Made by a program: the position numbers and the translations under genes. A stretch of 64,000 bases of DNA from Octopus sinensis (lineage: Eukaryota), in NCBI RefSeq assembly GCF_006345805.1, contig NC_042997.1, positions 110,732,001 through 110,796,000 of the forward strand, read 5' to 3'. The number at the start of each line of letters is the position of its first letter. Position 1 is the stretch's first letter. The notes beneath the pieces were generated by a model, which did no database searches, was not told where the DNA came from, and saw nothing but the letters and a program-made list of their open reading frames with translations. Shown piece by piece: positions 12,493 through 24,899 of the stretch.

Positions 12493-15131
12493 GTGAGTAT
12501 TTGAAGGGTTTTCTATTATTAATTCAAATGTAAATTTACAGAAAAAAGGGAACAAAAATTTTGTTTAGTTACTTTTTAAGTAGGTTGCTGCCATTTAGCT
12601 TAAGAATTTCAAATGAGTTGCTGCTTGTAATGGCCATTTCTGTTTGCTACCAATGGGAATTTAAACCTGAAGACTTCAGTGTGAGAGCTTTCTTATCATT
12701 CTCATTTCAAGGATGCTTTATAGGCATACTAAATGGACCCTGGTATATGACTGGTATTTTATTTGGTCAGCTAAAAGACGAATTGGGTTAATAAAATGTC
12801 AAAATAGTAATTTACAACTGAAAACTGGTGGCACCATAGATATGGAAATTGCTGAAATTATATTTATCTGCAACTTAAAGATAAATTCCACTAACGATTA
12901 TAGGCTAATTAACATTCTGACAATTGGATTTGTATGAACGTTTTTTGTTTGATAGAAAATTATTATTTTTAAATCTCACAACAAGAGATATCCAGCAACA
13001 GTACTTTGGAGTAAAGATTGTTTGCCAACATAACATGGCAGTCCTGGCTTAGGACGAATGTTACTGTAATTTAGCCCCAGGAGACATTGTCTCCAGCTGG
13101 CTATACAACATGATCTGTGTCCTTATATTTTGAAACAAGGGAATCTAGCACACCCCCTCCACATCTGTTCTTGAGTGTACAACCCACTACTCCCTCCCCC
13201 ACCCCATCACCTGCTGCTTAACCTCCCCCCTTCTTTTTCTTTGTCTCCTTGGTGAGGCAGTTCTGGGTTAATTTGATCTTTTATACTGTTAATGTTTTTT
13301 TTCCTTCTTCCTTCAAAAATATGTTACATAAACAAAAAAATTAAGAAACTTTAATGAAAATCAAGGAACCATTTCTTGTAGGGTTTATTGAAAATGATTC
13401 CTGTATTCATTATTAAATCTCAGAATGAGCTTGAAACAGTAATCGCTCGATAATGTAAAGTATAGAAGCCATCTTAACATGGTTAACCACATAGGGGAGG
13501 GGGTGTTACTGTAGCTTTATAGCCCCAGGAGATCGTCGTCTCCAGCTGGTTTTAGACACCATTTCAGTGCCCTTGAAGTATTTGCAAAGGGAGGCCATCC
13601 CTTCCTTGCAAGCCTGAGTGATACGCTCGGACTAGTTTCGGGATTTTTGTCCTGTATTTATTTAGTATTTATTTATTTAGTAGAAACCTTTATTCATTGT
13701 AGTGTGTCTATAGTTATTGCTGTTGGTTCCATATTGCCTATAATTGGTACCAATTTATATATAGGTAGTAATGGAATGGTAAAAACTGGCCCCATATTCC
13801 ATTTAATTTATAACAATGTTATAAAATTTAATCCTTTTGTTACCATATTTCTCTCAAGATCCACTGATTTCAGTTAATTTTGTAAAATAAGGAAGAATTT
13901 GAAAAAATAAATTTGCCATTATTAAGTTCATGTTTGGAACATAAATTAACATAAAATTTTGCTGGCAGATTTTAATTTTGGCCATTTTAACTCATAAAGT
14001 ACTGGGATTTGCACTTACATAGCATGAACCGCTGAGCTCATTTTATGAAAATGAAACTACCATGCACACATAAAAAACAAAAAATAGTTAAAATATCTTC
14101 TTAGTATATGTAGTGGATCTTGTATTTGATCCACCATAGCCAAATTTCAAGTAACAGTTCAACAGAACTTTTCTCACGGTGGAACAATGTTTTTTTTCAG
14201 TGACAGCAGTTTTACATTTTCCAGATGCCTTAGCTAGGCTGGAATAATGTCTTCACCACTTGACCTTTCTAACCTCTTCTATTTCACCAAAAGCTAGAAT
14301 TAAGATAACAAGACCACCAACTAAATCTATTGTTCTCAAGAGCAATTGTTTCGTCCCACACTCTCTCACTAACTCGCTTTCTCTTCTCTGCACATTACCA
14401 TATCTCTCTATGGTTTACCACTACAATAAGAACACACAGGCTGAAATTAACTTTTTTACTTCACGCACTCTAGGATTTTATCACCAGCCCATCAAGGCAA
14501 GGTATATTCGATGTAATAGTAAATAAATATTTTCTTCACAACTTCAATCACTGTTCTTTCATCTTTACATAATGGCTATCGACAAAGAACCAGTCCTTAC
14601 AGATTACATCTATCATATTGTTTAAAAATTAATTTCAACACTTATAAATCAGAAATCATCTGTTACATATACAATGGTGGCAAGTTTTGCATCATCTGAA
14701 AAGTCATTAGTTGAACTATTAATCCTCTTGCATTCTGGGGGGTATCGGAGCGTTTGAGTAACCCCCAACAAACGCCCATAAGTTAAATGCATCTATTTGG
14801 GCCTCGATTGTGGCCTGTTGACCTGTGCCTGATGGCCACGATCATGGCCCGTCATGCTTTATATGTTAAAACAGCAAGTTCTTATCATAGAATCGGGGGA
14901 CAGTTTCGGGTGGGTTGGTATCAAAAGGGTGGACTTTTTTTGGCACCACCTTAAACAAAAGTTGTATGAATTCTGATGTTTATTCACCCTTGTTCTTCTT
15001 TTCCATGAATTGTTTCTCTTGTTTCATTGGTTAATTTAAAAACATTAACTATTTTAGATGCACAATTATTATTGTTTGATTTTGCTGTAATGAATGGTTT
15101 TGAATCTAAAACCAATTTCTGTCTTTTGCAG

Positions 15132-15187
15132 GAACTTCCAGTGTGGTTACTGGAGAAACTAAAAGTTTCTTCAGTTTCGCAAAATCA
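15132..15187 (+). CDS. VAT1L: VAT1L exon (56 nt, phase 1-0)
   Basis: ttgcag|GA...TCA|gtgagt; (G)TSSVVTGETKSFFSFAKS, a highly conserved VAT1L motif. Confidence 0.95.
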
Positions 15188-15356
15188 GTGAGTTTCTAAA
15201 CTTGATACCTCCATACAGTCTTCTTCTACAGTAAAATAAATAAATATATATAAAGACGATAAGAAAATGGAGAAATAAATAACAATGAGAAGTGGGTCTT
15301 TGGTGTTGTTATAAAGCCATTAATTACTTAAGTAAGATGGGAATATGTTAGAGTAA

Positions 15357-15436
15357 GTTTACAGCTGTTTCTTTATATCAGGCTGGGGTAAATATGTATT
15401 ATTTACCTCGTTGCAGTTGATAGTCATCATCAGAAC
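15357..15436 (-). ncRNA. Hammerhead-like motif with extended stem II (ACAGCTGT family)
   Basis: gtt-CTGATGA-...tatca..ggtaaat/atttacc..tgata..-GAAA-cagctg-TA-aac. Confidence 0.55.
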
Positions 15437-15631
15437 GAAGAAAGGAAAGATAAACAAAAGGAAATAGAGAGAAAGTGTAAGGAAAAAACAGGAAGAAGAA
15501 AAAGTTCAATAATTCGATAGTCTTAGGTTTTAGTTAGGTTCAAAGTTCAATAAATCCGTTGTATGATAGATGAGAAGAGGGTTAGTCGAATGTAAGGTCT
15601 TGTAATTAGTTATTAACATAGCTTACACATG

Positions 15632-15671
<40 letters not shown>

Positions 15672-16866
15672 AATATTTAATTATTATTAATATATAGGTG
15701 GCATGTAAGAAGCACCCACTACACTCCTGGAGTGGTTGGCATTAGGAAGGGTATCCAGCTGTAGAAACAGATCAGATTGGAGCTCTCCAGACCTCACTCA
15801 AACCGTCCAACCCATGCTAGCATGAAAAACGGATGTTAAATGATGATTAATACTACATTCATATACATTTTAATCAACATATTCGTCATATAAACATTCA
15901 TGCAATGAGAATCGATTCTAAACTATATATGGCCATAGCAAGTCTGAGCAGAGGGGCCATTTTTACAAGGTCTTTCTGGAGACTACCCCAACACCAAATG
16001 ACAGACACTTGTAGTAAAGATTGTTTGCCAACATAACATGGCAGTCCTAGTTTAGGACGAATATTGCTGTAATTTAGCCCCAGGAGACATCATCTCCAGC
16101 TGGCTATACGACACGATCTGTGTCCTTACATTTTCGAACAGGAATTTGGCAGTGCCACCTCTAGCCAAGCAATCATTCTGTGCTGATGAAGGGAAATAAC
16201 CTGGAAATTGCGATACACAGATATTGTTTTGAGCTGAGTGGGGATGCTAGATTCCCTTGTTCGAAAATATAAGGACACAGATCATGTCGTATAGCCAGCT
16301 GGAGACACTGTCTCCTAGGGCTAAATTACAGCAACATTCATCCTAAACTAGGACTGCCATGTTATGTTAGCGAATAATCTTTACTCCAAAGTACTGTTGC
16401 TGAATATCTCATGCTGTGAGATTTAAAAATAGTAATTTTCTAAATAGGTTATTGTGGCTGATGACTTCAATGGCCATGTTGGGCAGCACCTCCATGGATT
16501 ACATGAGGTGCATGGTGGTTATGGCTTTGGTGCCTTTGATGAAGTATTTGGTGACCCTGTTGGTGCCTCTGATGAAGTGCCTCTCTAATGTCTAAAACTG
16601 CTAACATTTAAACATTATGTAAAATTTTTACTCTGAATTTTTGCATAAATTGGTGTTGCAAGCAGAGTCAGTACACAAACAACTGTAACTGATCGTTAAA
16701 GATGTGTTAAACGATTTCTTTGTCTTATTACTCTTTGGATTGTATGTGTGAGGGTTTGTAATATATTCTTTCTATATAGTATATTCTTGCTAAACCAGAA
16801 ATGTTGAAAAAATACAGAATGTACCCCAGTAGCTTTTTTTTATGTTGTATAATTTCTAATTTAGTA

Positions 16867-17062
16867 TACCATATATATTTGACTATTTTGACTATAAAAC
16901 GCCCTCACCTATAAGATGCACCCCTGACATACAAGGTTCAAATTGGGAATTTTAACATTGACCTGACTAGAAGTTATAGGATGTGCTTATAAGATGCACC
17001 CCCAACTTTAGGTGAAAATTTCAGGGGGAAAAATTGTGACTTATAGCCAAGTATATATGGTA
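16867..17062. mobile_element. pogo/Tigger-like MITE
   Basis: Terminal inverted repeats taccatatatatttgacta... / ...ttatagccaagtatatatggta. Confidence 0.55.
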
Positions 17063-19602
17063 ACCCTTTTGGGTAATCTAACTAAATTTGTACATTTCCA
17101 AAATATTTTTAACATCCTGTACAGAGCGAAAACAGCATAATATTAAATTTGACCCAAGGGACAATAAATGAATGCCGTTACCATTAAATAACGACAGCAG
17201 GTCTCGGTTCAAACCGTTGATGTTTAGTCATCTGTTGGTGTTGTCATATTAACATTTATGTAATGTTAGTTGTTTTGGTTCTATAAGAATCTGTATCTAC
17301 AGCAGGACCCTACATCTGTCCCCTCTATACCTTTAATCTTTCAAATGCCACAAAGCCAACTCCCAGTACTACTTCACACCCCTAATTAAGGGATCTTTGC
17401 TTTTTTTTTTTGTCTTTTGCAAAGTATTTGGTGACCCTGTTGATGCCACATAAAAAGCACCTAGTGCATTCTGTAAAGTGGTTGGCGTCAGAAAGGGCAT
17501 TCAGTCGTAGAAATCGTACCAAAACAGACAATGGTACCTGGTGTGGTACCTGGCATTACCAGCTCCAATCGAGCCGGTCAACCCATGCCGGCATGGAAAA
17601 CGGACGTTAAATGATGATGATGAAATATCTCATAAATTGTGAGGTTGTCTATTAAGAATCTCTACCTGTCCCCGAAGATATGACCGTTTTGGGATGGTTG
17701 TAAATAAAACAGAAGGTGATATTAATAATGATATAGTTAGAAATGAATCAAAGCTAGAGCTGACAAGATATTTGAATGTCAAGTCATAAAATAATCACTT
17801 TTAGTTGGCCATCTTTGGTTTCTGGCGGATATTTCTGCAGGATTGTGCTTTGGTTTGAAAACGTACGGCCTCGGCCAAACGATCCCGTTTCTTTTGTTTA
17901 TTATAATAACCATTTTATCATAACGGTTAAGTTTAAGCTCCATACAGTTTGTGTTGGCAGTAATAAATCTAAGAAAAGAAAAAAAAACAACTTGTAGAAT
18001 GTTCAAGTTGAAAGGCAACAGCCAGGCCAACGATTACACCTTATTCTTGTTGAGTATCTCTCACAGAAATCCAAATAGTAAACATAATAAAGACTCATCT
18101 CGCAGACATAAAAAAGGAAATTACGCAGTTCTCTCCCTTGTATCCAAACTTGTTCAATGTCCATAGAAGACATCAGAATTTGTAGGATATTGAAAAGGCA
18201 TAAAATAATGATGATGCAGGACCAGGCAGTGGCTCTCGTGGCTTCTGATCTTAACTGATTGGAAGTATTATCATGTGCAGTGTTTTGTCTTGGTATAAAA
18301 GATGGGCTACAGCAAATATTCTGCTCAATACCACAAATTTGCTTGTCAGTTGCTTGACCTTAACCAGTTGAGCAAGTCCCTTAGTGGCTGACGATATGTA
18401 CATCTCTGATCCTGAACAGAAATAGTGGGGGAGCATCATAACCATGTGTTGAGAGGGATTCTTTGGGATTTGGATAATTCACCTCTGCAAACATGGGTGT
18501 TTCGTTCAACATCCTTAAACGAACCTTATTCAGGAACCTTTTAAGCAGAATGGTCAACCTGAAGAAAATTCTGAGCCTTGCCTGCAAGGTCATGTGCAGT
18601 TTGAGGTCCGGACAAAAGCTCCACGGTTATATTTTGCAGTAATTTTTTTTGTTTTTAGAATTTTTAGTAGAGTGTATCGACCCCAGAATTTTTTTTTTTT
18701 TTTCTTGTTACAGTTATTAGACTGCATCCAGTCATGCGGGGTCACCGCCTTGAATTCTGGAACTTTTAGCCAATTGTATCAACCACAGAATTTTTTTAGA
18801 TGATTTTCAACCAGTGCATGAAATTAAGCCTATAAGGTCTTTCGATATGCTAGAAATAACAGCTAAATCTCTTGAAATTTTTTATAACCCCCCTCCCCTC
18901 AGTTATATTTCTTGGTTATTCTTCGTTTTTTTATTATTTTCTAAAAAAATCTTTACTTGTTTCAGTCACTGGACTGTGGCCATGCTGGGGCACCGCCTTG
19001 AAGAATTTTTAGTTGAATGTATCGACCCCAGAATCTTTTTAGGTGATTTTCAACCAGCACATAAAGTTAAGCTTAGAAGGTCTCTCCACATGCTAGAAAT
19101 AACAGCTAAATCTTACAAATTTTTTTTTATAATTTCATGTAAACACAAACAGAAATCGCGGTTGTAAAAAAACAAAAATTATTTTCCAAAATTCCAGTTT
19201 TTAAGTAAACAATATATATTCAATCGAAAAACGGTATCAAAACATCTATGTCCCTCACAATGTTAGGTTCCGTGTGTTTCCTCGTTTTTAGAATAATTTA
19301 AAAGTTTGAAAATAAATCGGCCTTAACATCAATAATAGAATAACAGAACACAAGACTCTTAACTACTCAATGTACAATATTGTCCGAATTCTAACAAAAG
19401 AGAAAGCATTTACTTCAAGAAATGTGTAGAAACATAAAAACAATAAATACGTTTGACTGACCACACATACACACATAAAATGAAAGTCAATATTACACGT
19501 GTCTCTGGCATGAGTTTTCTTCACAAAAAAACAGAATTTGTCATTTTCATGGAGAAACACCCATCTCCCTGTTTAGGCAAACGATAAGAAGTATGTTGTA
19601 TT

Positions 19603-19835
19603 AAGGCGGCAAGCTGGCAGAAATGTTAGCACGCCGGACGAAATGCTTAGCCGTATTTCATCTGCCGTTACATTCTGAGTTCAAATACCGCCAAGGTCGA
19701 CTTTGCCTTTCATCCTTTCGGGGTCGATAAATTAAGTACCAGTTGCACACTGGGGTCGATCTAAACGACTTAATCCCTTTGTCTGTCCTTGTTTGTCCCC
19801 TCTATGTTTAGCCCCTTGTGGGCAATAAAGAAATA
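19603..19835 (+). mobile_element. SINE (ggcggcaagctggcagaa... family); many other copies, e.g. ~7570, 9640, 30843, 35400, 37410, 44610, 44820, 56930-57527
   Basis: Recurrent consensus with gagttcaaat B-box-like motif; flanking duplication ataagaagtatgtt. Confidence 0.8.
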
Positions 19836-22208
19836 AGAAGTATGTTTGAATGACTAGCCTTCTGTCAGACCTTCAACAGCTGGAGAAAGTTCAAAAGGTC
19901 AATTTATTCTCATTAATCTGTAAACACTGAGAGAAGAAAACAAGACTTTAAATATATATTTTAAAGTGCTTATTTTTGCTGCAACCAAAAAATTCTTCAA
20001 GTTAGTGCCCCAGAATGACCACAGTCCAATGACTGAAACAAATAAAAAGATTTTTAGAGAATAAAAAAAAACCTAGGGGTTATAAAAAAATTTCAAGAGA
20101 TTTGGCCGTTGTTTCTAGCATGTGGAGATATCCTCTAGGCTTAACTTGATGTGCTTGTTGAAAATCATAAAAAAAAATTCTGGGGTCATTACATTTGACT
20201 AAAAATTCTTCAAGGTGGTTCCCTAGTATGGCTGCAGTCAAACAGCTGCAAGTAAAAAGGAAAAAAAAATTCTGGGGTCGATACGTTCAACTAAAAACTT
20301 TAAAGTGGTGCCCCAGCATGGCCACAGTCTAATAACTGAACAAGTAAAAGGTGAAAAAAAAACAAAAAAATAATCAGAAAATATAACTGTGGGGCTTTTG
20401 TCCTACACTCGCAGTTTATCTTGATATGAGGCCACTATGCCCTGCACATATGGTTGTGTTGCACGTACCTGGTGTACCCTTATCAGTTAGGTAAACATGA
20501 TGGGTGTATTGGGCTTCGTATATTTGTAATCCAGTGTCACTTGGATGGCGTATGCTGCTGTCTCACTTCGTCAACATCATCATCATTTAACGTCTGCTTT
20601 CCATGACATGTAAGCGTCATGGGTTGGACGGTTTGACTGAGGGCTGGCGAACCAGATGACTGCACCAGGCTCCAGTATTGATCTTGCAGAGTTTCTACAG
20701 CTGGATGCCCTTCTTAATGCCAACCACGCCGAGAGTGTAGTGAGTGCTTTTATGTGCCACAATAATAATAATAATAATAATGAGATTGTTGTATATTTTG
20801 ATTTCTGTTTGTAATTTTCTGTGTTGTGATACCATGAGTGGCGTTGGTGGGGCTTTAAGAAAGAATCAATGCTGAAAAGAAATCTGAAGATGTATTTTGT
20901 CTGTCATCATTCAACATCCATTTTCCCTGTTGGCATCGGTTCAACAGTTTGATGGAAAACAAAGAACCAAATGATGCATTGTGCTCCAAAGTCTGTTTTG
21001 CCATGGTTTCTACAGCTGGACGCCCTTCCTACCACCAATCAATTTACCAAGTATAACGAATGCTTTCTACTTGGTACTGGCATGAGTGAGATCACCAAGT
21101 GGCTCTGTAAGATAAAGGTTCTTTTCAAGTGGTTGGCTACAATAAAGGAGGAGATAGCTCTATGTCCAGGGATGAGGGGTTAACATGTAAGAACAGATTT
21201 TTTTTTTTTTGCTGTAGAGGGGCTTCATGGCTATTCACATTATAGAAGTGAGGGTGGAAGTGTCTAGGATGGAGCTGAGAAGAGAGATGAAAATTGTAGT
21301 GATGAGGAGTCAGAGTGGAGACAAGAGAACAAGGAGTGCAGGTGGGTAGGGGTTACAAGAGCATATGGGAGAATGGAAGATGGTTAGAGACAGAGAATAA
21401 GTGACAGGGTGAATATAAGGAACAAATCTTGAAGACTATTGGAGCGGGGGTGATGAGTGTCCAATATGACAGGAGTTGTTTGGCATAGAGAAGAGAAGGT
21501 GACTGACACTGCAAAAAGTTGGTAGGAAAGAACAGCAGAATAGTAATAATGATACAGTAGACAGGAGAATGATGAGAGAAAAAGAAAGAGTTATGTGTGG
21601 TTGGATAGAGTGTATGAATGTGGGGCAAGCATATTGAATAAGAAGAGAGAGACGTAAGGAGAAGGAGAAATACTTCTGTAATACCTATTATAGACTTGGT
21701 TGTCACCGTTGTGCCTCTATTTCCTTTGGACATCTTCTAAAAGCTATGTCAGTTCCAAATTATGAGAATCTTCTTGAAAGCATAGCATAAAAGTGAAAAT
21801 AGAATGATCATACAATGATCGTATAAATTTCTGGCTTCTGTGGCGGTGGCATGTAAAAAGCACCAACTGATCATGGTCATTGCCAGCCTCCTCTGACCTC
21901 TGTGCTGGTGGCACGTAAAAAGCACCCACTACACTCTCAGAGTGGTTGGCATTAGGAAGGGCATCCAGCTGTAGAGATACTGCCAGATCAGACTGGAGCC
22001 TGGTGCAGCCTCCTGGCTTCCCAGACACCCGTCGAACCGTCCAACACATGCCAGCATCGAAAGCAGACGTTAAACGATGATGATGAATGATCATATAAAT
22101 TTAATATTTACTTAACATTTACTGAGTATTAACTGAAACAGCTGTAAGGGATGATGATTAATTTGCTGTTAATAATAAACAATTATTAACACCCCAATCT
22201 CCATTTTC

Positions 22209-22244
<36 letters not shown>

Positions 22245-22429
22245 AAAATAAGAAAATGGAGAAACAAATTTAGTTTGTTCTTCAACTTTCGAATATTATA
22301 ATGTTGGATTATTTATTCATTTAACAAAATGAGAACCCCAATAGCATACATATATCTTATAATTCAATACATATAAGATAAGAATACAAATTATAAAAGT
22401 CATAATATAAATTATTGAAATCATTAAAA

Positions 22430-22570
22430 TCACTTCTTACAGCTGTTTCAACCTATGGCTAAAAGTAGTTAATTTTATTTTCATTGCCTATAGGTGTCAA
22501 CATACTGAGGTTGTAGGCATTTAAAAATAGGGTACATATATATATAACCATAGGCCTCGTCAGAGGTTAT
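22430..22570 (-). ncRNA. Hammerhead-like motif with 12-bp stem II (ACAGCTGT family)
   Basis: CTGACGA(22563-22557)-ggcctatggtta...tagccataggtt-GAAA-cagctg-TA; stem I weak. Confidence 0.6.
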
Positions 22571-22968
22571 AAGGAACTTTAAAAATATTAGTATTAATAC
22601 ATTAAACATGATACACGTATTATTTAATATATATATATATAAAATATAAATTAGAGATAAAACCACTATTATGCTACTCAGTGATAGACATAAACCAATA
22701 CATAAATAACAAATAATATATATATATATATATATATATTTTAAATATATAACTTATAACTAGATCTCAAAAAGTATAAAATGAATGATAAATATGATAT
22801 AAGTAAATGATATAATAAGTAATATATATATGAGAGTGAGTGTGGCGGGGGGGGGCAGAAAGCTGATAATGATAATACATAAAAATATATGTTGATAGCT
22901 TCTTACAATTTTAACAAGTTTTGATCTGTTTTTGTCTCCTATTTTTTCTATTTCTTCTCTTATTTCAG

Positions 22969-23163
22969 TGGTGGCAAGTTGATAAAATTAGTCCCCTGAA
23001 GTTGTACGACGACAACAAGTTCCTTGCAGGGTTCCAGCTGCGCCAGCTATTGTTTCGTGACAACCAACATGCTTATATTCAAAGCCAAATGGAAAAACTG
23101 TTCAAGTTGTACACGGATGGAGTCATTAAACCAGTCATTGACCAAGTTGCTTGTTTTGAAGAT
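22969..23163 (+). CDS. VAT1L: VAT1L exon (195 nt, phase 0-0)
   Basis: tttcag|TGG...GAT|gtaagt; WWQVDKISPLKLYDDNKFLAGFQLRQLLF...GVIKPVIDQVACFED. Confidence 0.95.
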
Positions 23164-24386
23164 GTAAGTTCCTGTCACTCTTTGAACCCTTTTCCCACCA
23201 TATTCCTGCTGAAACATCCTGCCTTTCTTTTAATTAATATTTCAAATAAAAAAAAAGAAATTATCTTTTGCTTCTTTCAGTTGTGAGGCTGTGGGCATGC
23301 TGGAGCACTGCCTTGAAGGATTTTTAATCAAATGCATTCACACCCAAACCCCACCCCAAACTTCTTTTCTTTTTCTTTTTTTTTCTTAATTTGGTGCTTG
23401 TTCTATTGGTTTCTTTCACGAAACTACCAAGTCATGGGGACGTAAATAAACCAACACCAGGTGTCAAGGGGTGGAGGAGGACATACACACATATATACAA
23501 CAGCTTTCTTTGGCTGGTCTGAAGCTGTAGAAGACACTTTCCCAACGCACTGTAGAAGAATAATAACTGACCTGTCTTTCTGACATTTTCTCTTGTGTGT
23601 AGCTAAGGAATGTTTGCTATCTTAAGGGACAGTGTGGGAAGTTGGTTGGAGGGGGAAGGCAGAGCAATGCAAAATTAAAGGGATTTTTTTGTTTCTGGGC
23701 TAGTCTGTCATGGTTCAGTGGTTTTTGGGACTGGTCTGAGAGGTCAGAATGGTATGAGTGTGTGTGTGTGTACATGTGCTTGTGTTTTATATGTGGTAGG
23801 ATGTTGTGAGTATATGTGTGCACGTTTGTGCGTGTGTGTGTGTGTGTATGTGTGATTAGTATTTGTCAGGGTGTTGTGTGTGTGTGCATGTTTTTGTATG
23901 TTTGTTCGTGTGTATGTGTGCATCTGTGTGTGTATGTGTGTTTTGCGTTGGTGGGGATGTTGTGTGTGTACATGAGTGTGTGTGCATGCGTGCATTTCTA
24001 TCTGAGTATGTATGTGTTGTTATAATTGTCCTGGTGGTGTATGTGTGTGATTAGTATTTGTCAGGGTGTTGTGTGTGCACAAGTATTTGTTCCTGTGTGT
24101 GTGTGTGTGTGTTGGGTTTATCCAAGTGGTGCGTCTGTGTGTGCATGTATGTTCTGTGCATGTTGGTACTGGGTATGCATTTGTGTGTATGTGTGTAAAT
24201 ATGTGGGTATGATTTTTATTGAACTCTACATTTTGGAGTCCCGTTCTGATTAATTTCTTAAATAATTTCTTGTAAATTCATTTTAACATTTTATTATTAT
24301 TATTAAAGAATATATATATATGTATTCTAATATTTTGTGACAATCAGTACTTAACACAACAAAGCTTATACAAAGCTTTACATTTT

Positions 24387-24428
24387 ACTTTTGACAATCT
24401 CTTTCTAAAAAAGTGAAACCGGTCAAGT
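24387..24428 (+). ncRNA. Minimal hammerhead-like motif, U3-A8 covariant, GUC site
   Basis: actt-TTGACAA-tct cttt ctaaa aaag t-GAAA-ccgg-TC-aagt; palindrome ACCGGT. Confidence 0.5.
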
Positions 24429-24821
24429 CAATAAACATCTCTAAAAGACCTTTGCATTTTCAAGCCGTCTTTCATATATATTTTCACTTATGCAGTACCT
24501 TACAACTTTACTTTGTTTTATATATATATATATATATGTGTGTGTTTGTGCCACAAAAAAGACCAACAGAATAAGTACCAGGCTTAGCGAAATGAAATAA
24601 GTTCTGAGGTCAATTAATTTGGATAAAAATTCAAAATGATGCTCCAGCGTGGTCTCACGAAACAAGTAAAAGATAAAGATGAAATTATAGAATAGAATCT
24701 AAACAAATTCTTGATTTCCAATGTATGTTTTACTTGTTTATTTTTCCACTCCTTTGTTTTCTTGGATTTTTCTCATTCAGTTTTTACCAAAGTGTTTTTT
24801 TTCTTTTTTATTCCCAAACAG

Positions 24822-24899
24822 ATTGCAGAAGCAATGCAACGACTTCATGACCGCAAAAATATTGGTAAAATTATTTTAGACCCGACTGTTGAGCCAAAG
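24822..24899 (+). CDS. VAT1L: VAT1L exon (78 nt, phase 0-0), end of MDR domain
   Basis: aaacag|ATT...AAG|gtaaga; IAEAMQRLHDRKNIGKIILDPTVEPK. Confidence 0.95.

Larger units (their letters stand above)
12953..16442. repeat. Three copies of one ~200-bp repeat: + 12953-13150, + 16013-16145, - 16245-16442
   Basis: Manual alignment of 12953-13150 with the reverse complement of 16245-16442: about 16 mismatches in 198 nt, ungapped. Confidence 0.9.

Noticed and set aside
18210-18600. 70-aa minus-strand ORF with protein-like composition
   Set aside because: No splice context or recognisable domain; looks like an interspersed repeat of unassigned class
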